Source: a virus
IMG/VR virus record: IMGVR_UViG_3300010883_028422
Coordinates: 32,001 to 96,000 of that record
Length of the DNA stretch: 64,000 nt
Strand: one strand, 5' to 3'
This document shows, in pieces, positions 1-8,830 of this stretch. The position numbers were made by a program, and so were the translations under genes. Within the stretch, counting starts at the first letter, position 1. Each line of letters begins with the position of its first letter. The notes beneath the pieces were generated by a model that searched no databases, was not told where the DNA came from, and saw only the letters and a list, made by a program, of their open reading frames with translations.

Positions 1-2
1 GC

Positions 3-2177
3 ATGTGCTATGAGCTTGCGATATCTCATAATATTCCAAACATGGGCAGTGATCTTAAGAGGAGGATTATAACTGTAAAATCTGCAGACTCTCTTGATGG
101 GTTAGCCGTTCTTGGTATGTTTGGGCTAAATGAGGTTGAGCATGTTGGTAGGGCGTCTAATGCGTATCACATAAATGGATACATACATTCAGATTTTGGA
201 AGAATACAGTTCCTCACATCAGATGACTTAACGATGACAACAGGAACTACGAGGCTTGCTTTTGTGTCTGAGGCTGGCGCTCTGGAATACGATGTAAGGG
301 TCGGAGATATTTTAGTTATAGATGGATCTTCTGAATCATCAGATGATGGAACCTATAGAATAAAGACTTTAAATGAATCATCTATATATGTTGATGATAG
401 TTCTGTTGCATTTTCAGGTGAATTAGAGCGTGATACTTCTGTTGTATATATAATACGGTGCACAATTCCCGTTGGAGAAATGACATTTACAGAGGCCGTT
501 CTTCCGGATGGAACAATCCTTTTTGATGGATTTTTGGATGAAGAAAAGAACGTATTTTTCAAAAAGAGAATGGAGGTTGATGGGGACTTGGTCGTAACAG
601 GGTTTGTTGTTGGTGTAGTTGATGTGTCAAGAAACTTTATAAAAGCTGATGAAGAAGCAACGTTAAAAGTTTATCCTGATAGCACCATGGATCTTGAGGG
701 CCCGCTTGGCATGCGCGGGCCAAAGGTATTCGCCGGTAGTAGCGGGGAGTACAAGGTATATTCCGCTGATGGATTGTCATATATAGTTGTTCATGTCCAT
801 ACGACCAGTGCACCTCCTGTCGAAATGACAGTGACTCTTCATGGGTTTGACGAGATCATGGGTGGTGCTCTTTGGCTTTGCAGAGGTATGTTCTCTAATT
901 CCTTGGGGTATGTTATCGGCCATGTTGATGGAGACCAGTGGGTGCCGACCGTTATAGACAAGAGGGCTACGGGCACTGTTGATGACACGATTATAAGTGA
1001 AAATATATTAGAAAGATATATACAGGGGCCAAGAAACGAGCTTCGTGGATCTGGAGTTATAAGGGGCCTTGAGATAACAAATCATACTAGTCATGCAGAT
1101 TTGCTTGATGACGGCGTTACTGTCGATTCATATCAGACTGTTGATATATCTGCTGGAGTTGCAGTTGTTAATGGAATAAGAATTGAGTTTGTTGGTGCAA
1201 ATAGTTATAGGGTAAATTTAACTGATGACTTTTATATCGCGATGGATGCATATGGATGTATAATATATGCACCTCCGACACCACCCGCACCTGTAAAATT
1301 TCCATTTAAAGATGTAAATGTTGCACTTTTAGCGCATGTAGATATTTCTGAATTTTTAGCTACAGACTTAAGATTATTTGTTGACCATATTGATTATAAG
1401 TATCTTGGAGATGTTACTGTTTCAAATGACCAGAGGTTTAGCCACTTTACAAATATACACAAAGCTGTAGATTACGCCAGGATGTTTTCTAAAATATTTC
1501 CAGACATGGGCACCCCAACTATTTTTGTAAAAGAAGGAGAGTACGAGGTAGAGGAGACGATCTTTTTAGATTTTGACTTAACTTTTCGTGGAGCAGGACC
1601 TCAGACTATACTAAAAAGATCTGCTGATTTTGGACTCCTCGGCTCTTCCCCGGAATGGGCTGCAAATGAAGTTATTGTGCTTGGAGCAAAGTATGATAGC
1701 TCCGGATCTCATGCGGCAGATGACATCGCAGGCGGAATAACCCTGCAAGATTTCTCTTATTATGGCCTATCTGGAGAGACTGGAGGAGATTGCACGATAC
1801 AAATTAGGCATGATACGACTGTTAATTCCGATAGTCACTTTTTTGTTATTAAAGGAATTCGATTTATTGCAGCAGATGATTATCTGCTAGACCTAGACCC
1901 ACTGGTAAGCGTTCCAAACGAAATGCCAATTCATATTGGCGCAGATGATTCTGGTAGCTTTGAAAATATTCTAATAGAAGGCTGTTATTTTGATGGTATG
2001 GGCTATATGGAGGGAGTTGTGTATTTGAACTCTGATAATGATTATAGAAATATAAATGTTGTTGGTAATATTTCAAGAAGGACAATCGACCCTGCATTTG
2101 GTATGATTATAACATCAGCTGCAGGCATAACCACATCTGGTGTGCAAGAAGTCTCCAACGTTATTGACTATGTGTAG
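3..2177 (+). CDS. Virion structural protein, 5'-truncated, with a C-terminal pectin-lyase-like beta-helix (tailspike/appendage-like)
   Basis: The frame is open from the window edge, so the listed Met is probably internal. PTIFVKEGEYEVEETIFLDFDLTFRGAGPQTILK followed by Asn/Gly/Ile-rich short strands resembles a right-handed beta-helix entry. GSGVIRGLEI...VDISAGVAVVNG resembles fibre attachment domains. Confidence 0.55.
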   Translation: MCYELAISHNIPNMGSDLKRRIITVKSADSLDGLAVLGMFGLNEVEHVGRASNAYHINGYIHSDFGRIQFLTSDDLTMTTGTTRLAFVSEAGALEYDVRVGDILVIDGSSESSDDGTYRIKTLNESSIYVDDSSVAFSGELERDTSVVYIIRCTIPVGEMTFTEAVLPDGTILFDGFLDEEKNVFFKKRMEVDGDLVVTGFVVGVVDVSRNFIKADEEATLKVYPDSTMDLEGPLGMRGPKVFAGSSGEYKVYSADGLSYIVVHVHTTSAPPVEMTVTLHGFDEIMGGALWLCRGMFSNSLGYVIGHVDGDQWVPTVIDKRATGTVDDTIISENILERYIQGPRNELRGSGVIRGLEITNHTSHADLLDDGVTVDSYQTVDISAGVAVVNGIRIEFVGANSYRVNLTDDFYIAMDAYGCIIYAPPTPPAPVKFPFKDVNVALLAHVDISEFLATDLRLFVDHIDYKYLGDVTVSNDQRFSHFTNIHKAVDYARMFSKIFPDMGTPTIFVKEGEYEVEETIFLDFDLTFRGAGPQTILKRSADFGLLGSSPEWAANEVIVLGAKYDSSGSHAADDIAGGITLQDFSYYGLSGETGGDCTIQIRHDTTVNSDSHFFVIKGIRFIAADDYLLDLDPLVSVPNEMPIHIGADDSGSFENILIEGCYFDGMGYMEGVVYLNSDNDYRNINVVGNISRRTIDPAFGMIITSAAGITTSGVQEVSNVIDYV

Positions 2178-2208
2178 GCTGATATGTCTATAAACAATAG
2201 AGGTTCTA

Positions 2209-2697
2209 ATGTCAGATAATAATAGAGCTGAATCTGCAATTGATATGATTTTTAACTTATCGAGTCAGATTGAGCTTTTAGATAAAAAACTAACGGTTAT
2301 TGACTCAAATTTAAAATTATTAAACAATAAAGTTTCAAAACTATCAAAGCAAGAGCAGGGAAGACCTCTTGCTTTGAATGTAGACAGAGATTTCAAAAAT
2401 AATTCTGATAATGTAATTGTAGATGACGAAGCAGGGCCCAATGGGCTGATTCTCGGAAATGTGTCAGTATTTGGACATATAATAGGTGGAAATAAAAAAC
2501 CAATAAGTGATGTATTTGTAACCCTGTATGATTCAAAAAACAAATTAATAAAAGATATATCAAGCAATAAAGATGGATTTTGGTCAGTAAGACTTCCTTC
2601 GGGAGATTATTCGGTTAAGTATGAGATAGAAGGGTATAAGGATATTAAGCGTAAATTTGAATTAAAAGACAATATGAAAAGGTATGAGGTAAAGTGA
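2209..2697 (+). CDS. Coiled-coil plus carboxypeptidase-regulatory-like (prealbumin/Ig-like) domain protein
   Basis: N-terminal heptads (IELLDKKLTVIDSNLKLLNNKV), then VFGHIIGGNKKPISDVFVTLYD...SNKDGFWSVRLPSGDYSVKYEIEGY, the typical CarboxypepD_reg pattern. Confidence 0.65.
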   Translation: MSDNNRAESAIDMIFNLSSQIELLDKKLTVIDSNLKLLNNKVSKLSKQEQGRPLALNVDRDFKNNSDNVIVDDEAGPNGLILGNVSVFGHIIGGNKKPISDVFVTLYDSKNKLIKDISSNKDGFWSVRLPSGDYSVKYEIEGYKDIKRKFELKDNMKRYEVK

Positions 2698-3041
2698 TGT
2701 TTTCTTTGAAAATTTTTAATAAAATAGATAATAGATCTGGTAACTTTAACGAGACATTAAAAACAATTCTTGGGATTTTAAATTCAAAATTAAAAAAACC
2801 AACAAAAGTTATTTCTGATAAAAATTGTATAGAAGTTACATTTGGCTCCTCTGAGTGGCCCATAAATGATGGGATAGTTACTGAGTTAGTTATTAAAAAA
2901 ACATTATTTATTAATAATGATGATTTAAAAGATAGGCAGAAACTTGATGCTTATATCTCCGAAATAAGAGGCTTTTGTGATGGTGCAACAAGCATAGAGA
3001 ATGTTGAATATCTTCCTTTGCATTTTAGAGAGCAAGCTTAA
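2697..3041 (+). CDS. Hypothetical protein
   Basis: The ATG at 2697 overlaps the upstream TGA (TGATG coupling), making it likelier than the GTG at 2694. No motif recognised. Confidence 0.6.
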   Translation: MFSLKIFNKIDNRSGNFNETLKTILGILNSKLKKPTKVISDKNCIEVTFGSSEWPINDGIVTELVIKKTLFINNDDLKDRQKLDAYISEIRGFCDGATSIENVEYLPLHFREQA

Positions 3042-3056
3042 TATAAGGGGTTAATA

Positions 3057-3863
3057 ATGTCAGATGTTCAAAACTTGCCAGGAACAGGTATCCGTGGCGA
3101 ACACAGAGTTTATTCTGATTTCTTTTCTGATAATAATATTATTCAGCAAACAGCAATCGTTGCGCCAAAAAGCCTTCTCATAGACGGGCTCAGAAGTGTT
3201 TTTAGAAATGATAATATTTTTACATATCGTGCCGATGAATATGGGTATCCACTAACTGTTGACTTGACAGGTGGAGATATAGATTCTGAAGACACCACAA
3301 AAATATTAATATCCGACGCATATAGATATGATGTAAAGTTTTTTCCTGCTATAATTATAAAGTCATCTGGTGGCACATACAAGCCATTATCGTTTAATCA
3401 AAATATGACATATAGATACAGAAGGGAGGCGGTTACGGATGAGTATGGTGCGACAAGGGTTGTTAGCACACCAACTCACAGGGTGTATTCCGGCTTTTGG
3501 GATATGAATTTTGAAGTCGGAATATATTCGGAAAGTTACTCTGAGCTGGAGGAGTTGGTGGACATAGTATCAATAGCTCTTCAGTACACACTTTGGAATG
3601 ATTTAAGAGAAAATGGTTTATTTATAAAAAGATTAAGCATTGGCGCTGAATCTGCCGAGCCATATGCTAATGACTATATATATAGTCAGAATATATCTAT
3701 AAACACTCATAGTGAGTGGAGAGTTGAAATTCCGCTGGATAATGTGATAGAAAAATTGGTGTTTTATTTTGATTCCGTTATGCACCCAATACCGGGTCAA
3801 AAAGATGAGGCGGACATGCTTAGTTTGAATTACAATGACATATTACAATTATCAGAAATATAG
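3057..3863 (+). CDS. Putative tail terminator / tail-completion protein
   Basis: Lies immediately upstream of the sheath. FEVGIYSESYSELEELVDIVSIAL fits the strand-helix pattern of tail-terminator folds. Confidence 0.5.
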   Translation: MSDVQNLPGTGIRGEHRVYSDFFSDNNIIQQTAIVAPKSLLIDGLRSVFRNDNIFTYRADEYGYPLTVDLTGGDIDSEDTTKILISDAYRYDVKFFPAIIIKSSGGTYKPLSFNQNMTYRYRREAVTDEYGATRVVSTPTHRVYSGFWDMNFEVGIYSESYSELEELVDIVSIALQYTLWNDLRENGLFIKRLSIGAESAEPYANDYIYSQNISINTHSEWRVEIPLDNVIEKLVFYFDSVMHPIPGQKDEADMLSLNYNDILQLSEI

Positions 3864-3921
3864 AAAATGATTTTAAAAAACAAACTACTAATAATAATAA
3901 CTCAAATGAGTTATGTATTGA

Positions 3922-3936
3922 ATCGGAGGATGATAG
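3922..3936 (+). promoter_or_regulatory. Shine-Dalgarno site (GGAGG) of the sheath gene
   Basis: cgggaggatgatagATG precedes ATG 3937. Confidence 0.7.
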
Positions 3937-6900
3937 ATGCCTAATATACCAGGAATATCAGGATACACACAGCCCGGTGTTTTTGCTAGGGATCGTGTTG
4001 TATCAAGAGGGGTTTCGATCCCTGGGGGGATACGAATTGCATGCATTATGGGCGAGGGCATTCGCGAGGAACTTGTCGTTGCTAATGCGGCAGGATCCGG
4101 TGCGGATGGGAATGCCACAATAAGCCCAACTGGGAGCGGTGATGGAAGGTATTTCAGCCTTGCCTCATCTCCCGTTATTAGCGGAAGAACAGAGCTTTAT
4201 CTAAACGGGTCTATCCTGTATGGGCAAGAGGCCTCTACTAGGGTTAACGGTGTATGGGACTCGGCTGGCTTCTCTGGAGAGTTTGACTATAGGGTTGACA
4301 TTACAAATGGGGCAATTGAGCTTCAAGGCGCATCTATAGGGGATCAAGACGGAGCTATGTTTTCTGCGTCTTCTTTAAACATAGGTGATACAATAATTTT
4401 ATCTGGTACATGCGGCACAAGTGAGCTCATATCGACCGTTGACTCAAACGCTCCAGAGGAGCGCTGGACGGTTAGGTGCGTTAGTGTCGCTAGGGATTCA
4501 AATGGCGACCCAATTGCCGGAAGAGCGACCTTTACAGTCTCCGGATCATCGTCTGGATTAGTAAGAGATAGGGCCGGCTCGCCGTATTTTTGGGATAGCA
4601 ATGCATATATGTCTGCGGCTGGTGCATTATCCGGGTCTGCAACTCCGGACGAAGGTGTTGTTGTTGCTCAAGGAGATACTACGTCAGCAGACGGCAGCCT
4701 TTCTTCTGCAGATTTTTGGCCAGATGGTACGTTAGTAGTAAGAACCATCGGGGATTTATTAACTGATGAGTTTGATGTGCCAGGAAACCTCTTAGCCGCA
4801 GGGCAGGCTATGGTCGGAGATCATTTGGCGGTTACCGGCGAAGATATTGTTACAATAAGTAATATCGCTTATAATGCCATAACAGATGTTACAACTATAA
4901 CTGTTGAAAGTGTAGTTTTAACAGCAACTGGTGCAGCTACCACCTGGGTCATCTATGCCACAAATATGTTGGTTGATGATAGCACAGAGGTTCACAACCA
5001 TATGGACGGAACTATCGATGGTGGAAGCGCGGGTAGCTTTACAAGCTCTGATGTCGGTAAGGTCGTATTAGTGTGTGCTGGTGAGGCCGAAGGTAGATAT
5101 TATATTTCTGCCGTAAATTCATCCAGAAGAGCGAGGCTTGTTTCGTTTGACGACGACTCTGCAGGCCTCCCATCTGCTGCTAGTGGGGGAGGCGGAACTC
5201 CAGTTAGTGGTGGTTTTATTGCTGGCTTTGGCGCAACTCAGTTTTATTTATTACAAACAAATGGGGTGTTGCTATTTGGACTTCAAGCTCAGACCATTCC
5301 ATCGGAAGTTGGAGATAAATTCTATATTGATATAAAGTCAAAAACACTTAGTCTTGGCGATACTCTTGAGACAAGATATATTTATCAGCTAGATTTAGAA
5401 GATCCAGAATATTTTAGTTCGGCTCAGGATTTAATGAATAAACACGGCACTCCGAGTCTTACAAACACATTATCTCTTGGTGCGCAAATGGCGTTTGAAA
5501 ATGGAGCGCCAGCAGTGCTTGCCCTCCAGTGCAGGCCACCGCTTCCAAGAAGAACTTCTTCTCATATATTGGAAGAGGCTGTAGATGGTGTTGGTGGATT
5601 TAGTGGCGGAAGTGAAATTGATGATTTATACTTCCCATTGACGCGCCCAGTCTTAGGGCTTCTTGATGGCAGGCCAGACACAGATACCCAAGTTAACATA
5701 ATGATTATAAGAAATGGCGCAGAGACACAGACCTTTCCAAATAAAATTGGGTTTTATAACTCTCAGTATGAAAACGCAGTTGGTCAGACTACATTTATAA
5801 CAGGGGCAGATACTGCGTATTCGTACACTATTGTAAATACAGAAAGAGACGTTCTCGGGACAGGTGATTCTGGAGCCATATCATCGGCCAGCAGTGAGTT
5901 TTCTTCTGCAGAGTTTGATTTTGACGGTGAAGATATAAACCCGGGATCCGCAATGATCGTTGTGCAGTCGCTGGTTGACATTACAGACACTGTATTAACC
6001 ACTCAGGCGGATATTGCAACCTATCTTTTTGGTGATGCAACTGAAACTGCCGTATTGGTTGTTTCGAGCATATCTGATGACAATACGGTTGTGGTGCAGT
6101 CAGAGAATGGGGGCTTGGCAATTTTAGCTGGACATGAAGCAACGGATGTTCAATTTTATGTTTATGATGATTCAACAACTGGCGGTGGCGCAGCTCTTAT
6201 GTTAAATGCAGATCTTGTTACAAATCAGATTTTGCAGCAAGGTGATGGGATTAGGGTCTCATATATAGATGAGCGAGATGCAAACTTTTTCGATGTTAAT
6301 TGGTTTAGCGCACTCGAAAGACTTGAGGCTGCTGATGCTCAAATGATTATTCCTCTTCCAACTAAAAATAGGTTTGGAATATTTAGAGCGGCAGTCAATC
6401 ACTGCGAAAATATGAGTACAATTGCTATACAAAAAGAAAGAATGGCTCTGTTCGGTGCACAAAGAGGCATTACAGCAGAGGCGCTTGTCGGGATGGAAGA
6501 ACTCGCTGTCGAGGATATTGGAGTTATAGAGGGAATTCAGGGCGACGATCCAGAAGAGGTCCTTGATGGGAACATCGAAGACTTGGTTAATCTGAAGCTT
6601 AGTGATAATTACACTAGTAATCGTGCAGTTTATTTTTTCCCAGATGAGATAGTTAGAAATGTAAATGGAACAAATACCTTTATTGATGGATTTTATATGG
6701 CAGCATGTGCGGCGGGCTGGCTATCTGCCAGGCAGAATGTTGCTATACCGCTAACATATAAGAAGTTGAGTGGGTTTTCCATATTGCGAGATAAGAATTA
6801 TACGAGGACTATGCAAAATTCAATCGGCTCTGTTGGCGGGACATTAGTTACGCCTGTTACTGGTGGGGGCAAGATTCTTCACGCAAGAACAACTAGTAAC

Positions 6901-7206
6901 TCAGGGTTTGTTGAGGATGAAGAGATCTCTATAATGTTCATTAGAGACCGTGTCAAGGAGATTCTGAGACAGTCCCTTCAGGGCTTTCTCGGAACTGTCG
7001 AGAACCCAAACACTCAGGGTCTCATTACTGCTCGTGTTACAAACATAATGGCAGGGTTAGTTAGCCAAGAGCTTATTACAGCTTTTGAAAATATAAGGGT
7101 AGCGCGGGACAAAGTTGACCCAAGGCAGTGGAATGTGTTTTGCAGATTCCAGCCATCATACCCGATAAACTACATCTTCGTTGATATCGAAGTTGGCGTA
7201 ATTTAA
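3937..7206 (+). CDS. Contractile tail sheath protein, enlarged
   Basis: N-terminal PGVF motif (YTQPGVFARD..IACIMGEG). C-terminal sheath domain (FIRDRVKEILRQSLQGFLG...RDKVDPRQWNVFCRFQPSYPINYIFVDIEV). Directly precedes the tube gene. Confidence 0.9.
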   Translation: MPNIPGISGYTQPGVFARDRVVSRGVSIPGGIRIACIMGEGIREELVVANAAGSGADGNATISPTGSGDGRYFSLASSPVISGRTELYLNGSILYGQEASTRVNGVWDSAGFSGEFDYRVDITNGAIELQGASIGDQDGAMFSASSLNIGDTIILSGTCGTSELISTVDSNAPEERWTVRCVSVARDSNGDPIAGRATFTVSGSSSGLVRDRAGSPYFWDSNAYMSAAGALSGSATPDEGVVVAQGDTTSADGSLSSADFWPDGTLVVRTIGDLLTDEFDVPGNLLAAGQAMVGDHLAVTGEDIVTISNIAYNAITDVTTITVESVVLTATGAATTWVIYATNMLVDDSTEVHNHMDGTIDGGSAGSFTSSDVGKVVLVCAGEAEGRYYISAVNSSRRARLVSFDDDSAGLPSAASGGGGTPVSGGFIAGFGATQFYLLQTNGVLLFGLQAQTIPSEVGDKFYIDIKSKTLSLGDTLETRYIYQLDLEDPEYFSSAQDLMNKHGTPSLTNTLSLGAQMAFENGAPAVLALQCRPPLPRRTSSHILEEAVDGVGGFSGGSEIDDLYFPLTRPVLGLLDGRPDTDTQVNIMIIRNGAETQTFPNKIGFYNSQYENAVGQTTFITGADTAYSYTIVNTERDVLGTGDSGAISSASSEFSSAEFDFDGEDINPGSAMIVVQSLVDITDTVLTTQADIATYLFGDATETAVLVVSSISDDNTVVVQSENGGLAILAGHEATDVQFYVYDDSTTGGGAALMLNADLVTNQILQQGDGIRVSYIDERDANFFDVNWFSALERLEAADAQMIIPLPTKNRFGIFRAAVNHCENMSTIAIQKERMALFGAQRGITAEALVGMEELAVEDIGVIEGIQGDDPEEVLDGNIEDLVNLKLSDNYTSNRAVYFFPDEIVRNVNGTNTFIDGFYMAACAAGWLSARQNVAIPLTYKKLSGFSILRDKNYTRTMQNSIGSVGGTLVTPVTGGGKILHARTTSNSGFVEDEEISIMFIRDRVKEILRQSLQGFLGTVENPNTQGLITARVTNIMAGLVSQELITAFENIRVARDKVDPRQWNVFCRFQPSYPINYIFVDIEVGVI

Positions 7207-7223
7207 TCTAGGAGAAATAAGTA

Positions 7224-7832
7224 ATGGCCGATTATCCAAAAACAGGAAGTGTTTTAGATGAAACAATAAGGACCGCCTTATCAACACAAATTATTATTAT
7301 GGTTAATAATGAGCCTGTTGGGGCGGTACAAAGTTTTCAAGAAACACAAAACAGAACACTTAAGGCAATTACAGAGGTTGGCACTGATGGTATAATTGAA
7401 TTAGTTCCATCAAGTGCAACAAGAACATCATTAACTTTAAGAAGAATTGCTTTTGATGGCCTATCTATAACTGAAGCATTTTCTCGTGGCTTTAGAAATA
7501 TACAGGCCCAAAGAATTCCGTTTGATATCGTAGTTGTAGACCAGTTTACTGGAACAGATAATGATGCTATTATAACAACTTATCATAATTGCTTTTTTGA
7601 AAGAATTGGAAAAACCTATAGTAGCGATGACTATGTTATTGTTGAAGATGCTACAGTTCAGACTGAATATATATCATCACTTCGCGGCGGCGAGGCGGTT
7701 GTGCTTACACAAGGTGTTGGCGGTGGAAGGCAGCTGGCCGGTACTCAGACGGATAATGTCGAGATATTGGCGGATAGCGGGACGCGAAGAGGCTCTTTGG
7801 ACTTCCCGGGGCTTATATCAGCGGCATTCTGA
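7224..7832 (+). CDS. Tail tube protein
   Basis: About 200 aa after the sheath, with an AGGAG RBS. IIIMVNNEPVGAVQSFQETQNR...EVGTDGIIELVP is tube-like. Confidence 0.85.
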   Translation: MADYPKTGSVLDETIRTALSTQIIIMVNNEPVGAVQSFQETQNRTLKAITEVGTDGIIELVPSSATRTSLTLRRIAFDGLSITEAFSRGFRNIQAQRIPFDIVVVDQFTGTDNDAIITTYHNCFFERIGKTYSSDDYVIVEDATVQTEYISSLRGGEAVVLTQGVGGGRQLAGTQTDNVEILADSGTRRGSLDFPGLISAAF

Positions 7833-7877
7833 TTGATATATAATTTAACAACAAATATAATTCATTTTAAGTAAAAT

Positions 7878-7911
7878 AAAACCACCATAGCTCAAGCTAT
7901 GGTGGTTTTTT
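7878..7911 (+). terminator. Rho-independent terminator after the sheath-tube pair
   Basis: Perfect 14-bp inverted repeat AAAACCACCATAGC-tcaa-GCTATGGTGGTTTT ending in a T6 tract. The A-tract on the other side could make it bidirectional. Confidence 0.85.
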
Positions 7912-7937
7912 AATGCATTAAAATAATTGGAGATGGT

Positions 7938-8390
7938 ATGACTAGAAAGAAGGCTACTATAAAGTCTGACGGTGATGAGTTAGAACTTGAAAAAGAAACT
8001 GAATTGCCATTGATATCGGCACCAAACCTAAGGGACTTGATTTTTCTTGGCTCTATCGAAAAGGTTGTTGATATTGGTGGCTTTAGGTTTAAAATAAGAA
8101 CTTTAAGCGGTAGGCAGCAGAAGGCTGCGCTTGCAAAGACTATGCGGCACGATGAGGAGGAAAGACTTTCTGTCCTTAGAACCTCAATACTTGCATCAGC
8201 AATAGTTGATGTAAATGGTGTTCCGCTAGAGAATGCTTATGACGGAGATGATTTAGATACAGATTTGGACAGAAAGATGTTCGTTGTTGAAGGGCTACAA
8301 ACATCTGTTGTTGATAAATTATACTTAGCATATGATGATCTTACAAAGCAATCAAGCGCGGATGTGGAGGAAAATACGCTAAAAAAATAA
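7938..8390 (+). CDS. Tail assembly chaperone (lambda gpG-like position)
   Basis: Acidic 150-aa ORF between the tube and tape measure genes, GGAG RBS, ends in CTA AAA AAA TAA. Confidence 0.75.
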   Translation: MTRKKATIKSDGDELELEKETELPLISAPNLRDLIFLGSIEKVVDIGGFRFKIRTLSGRQQKAALAKTMRHDEEERLSVLRTSILASAIVDVNGVPLENAYDGDDLDTDLDRKMFVVEGLQTSVVDKLYLAYDDLTKQSSADVEENTLKK

Positions 8391-8413
8391 CATCTGACAT
8401 AGAGTCTATGTTG
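8381..8413 (+). other. Predicted -1 programmed ribosomal frameshift site with downstream hairpin
   Basis: A AAA AAA heptamer (8381-8387) in correct phase. The -1 frame reads ITSDIES into ATG 8408 with no stop. Hairpin ugACAUAG-agu-CUAUGUug at 8395-8413. Confidence 0.75.
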
Positions 8414-8830
8414 CGTTGGGAGCTTTGTAAGGTTTGGAAGTGCAAGGTCGATGACGCAATATTTTCTGGCATTAATCAATATCAGTGGTCCTGGTATGCA
8501 AGAATGATACTTTTAGATAGGCAGAGCGAATCTGAAAGAGATATTAGCTATATAGAATATTTAGCATCATTCTCTAATTATGAAGCCGTTAAAGCAGTCC
8601 AAGACGCAAGGTCTCAGGATGAAGAGCACACCTTTGCCTCGGACCAAGAGTTCGATGAGCGGGTTAGGACTGGAGAGTTTAAGGATAACGAATATCTTGA
8701 TGCGGTCAGGATCTCTAAGGAAAATACTAATTTTAATACTAATAGTGACCAGAAAACTTCTTCATCAGACAGATTTAGGGCGCCAAGAAGTCTGGCTTCA
8801 TTAAGAAAGGTTATAGAGGACAATGAGTAA
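8408..8830 (+). CDS. Tail assembly chaperone, second part (gpT-like; probably made as a frameshift fusion)
   Basis: In the -1 frame relative to 7938..8390, no clear SD, and its stop overlaps the tape-measure start (TAATG). Confidence 0.7.
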   Translation: MLRWELCKVWKCKVDDAIFSGINQYQWSWYARMILLDRQSESERDISYIEYLASFSNYEAVKAVQDARSQDEEHTFASDQEFDERVRTGEFKDNEYLDAVRISKENTNFNTNSDQKTSSSDRFRAPRSLASLRKVIEDNE

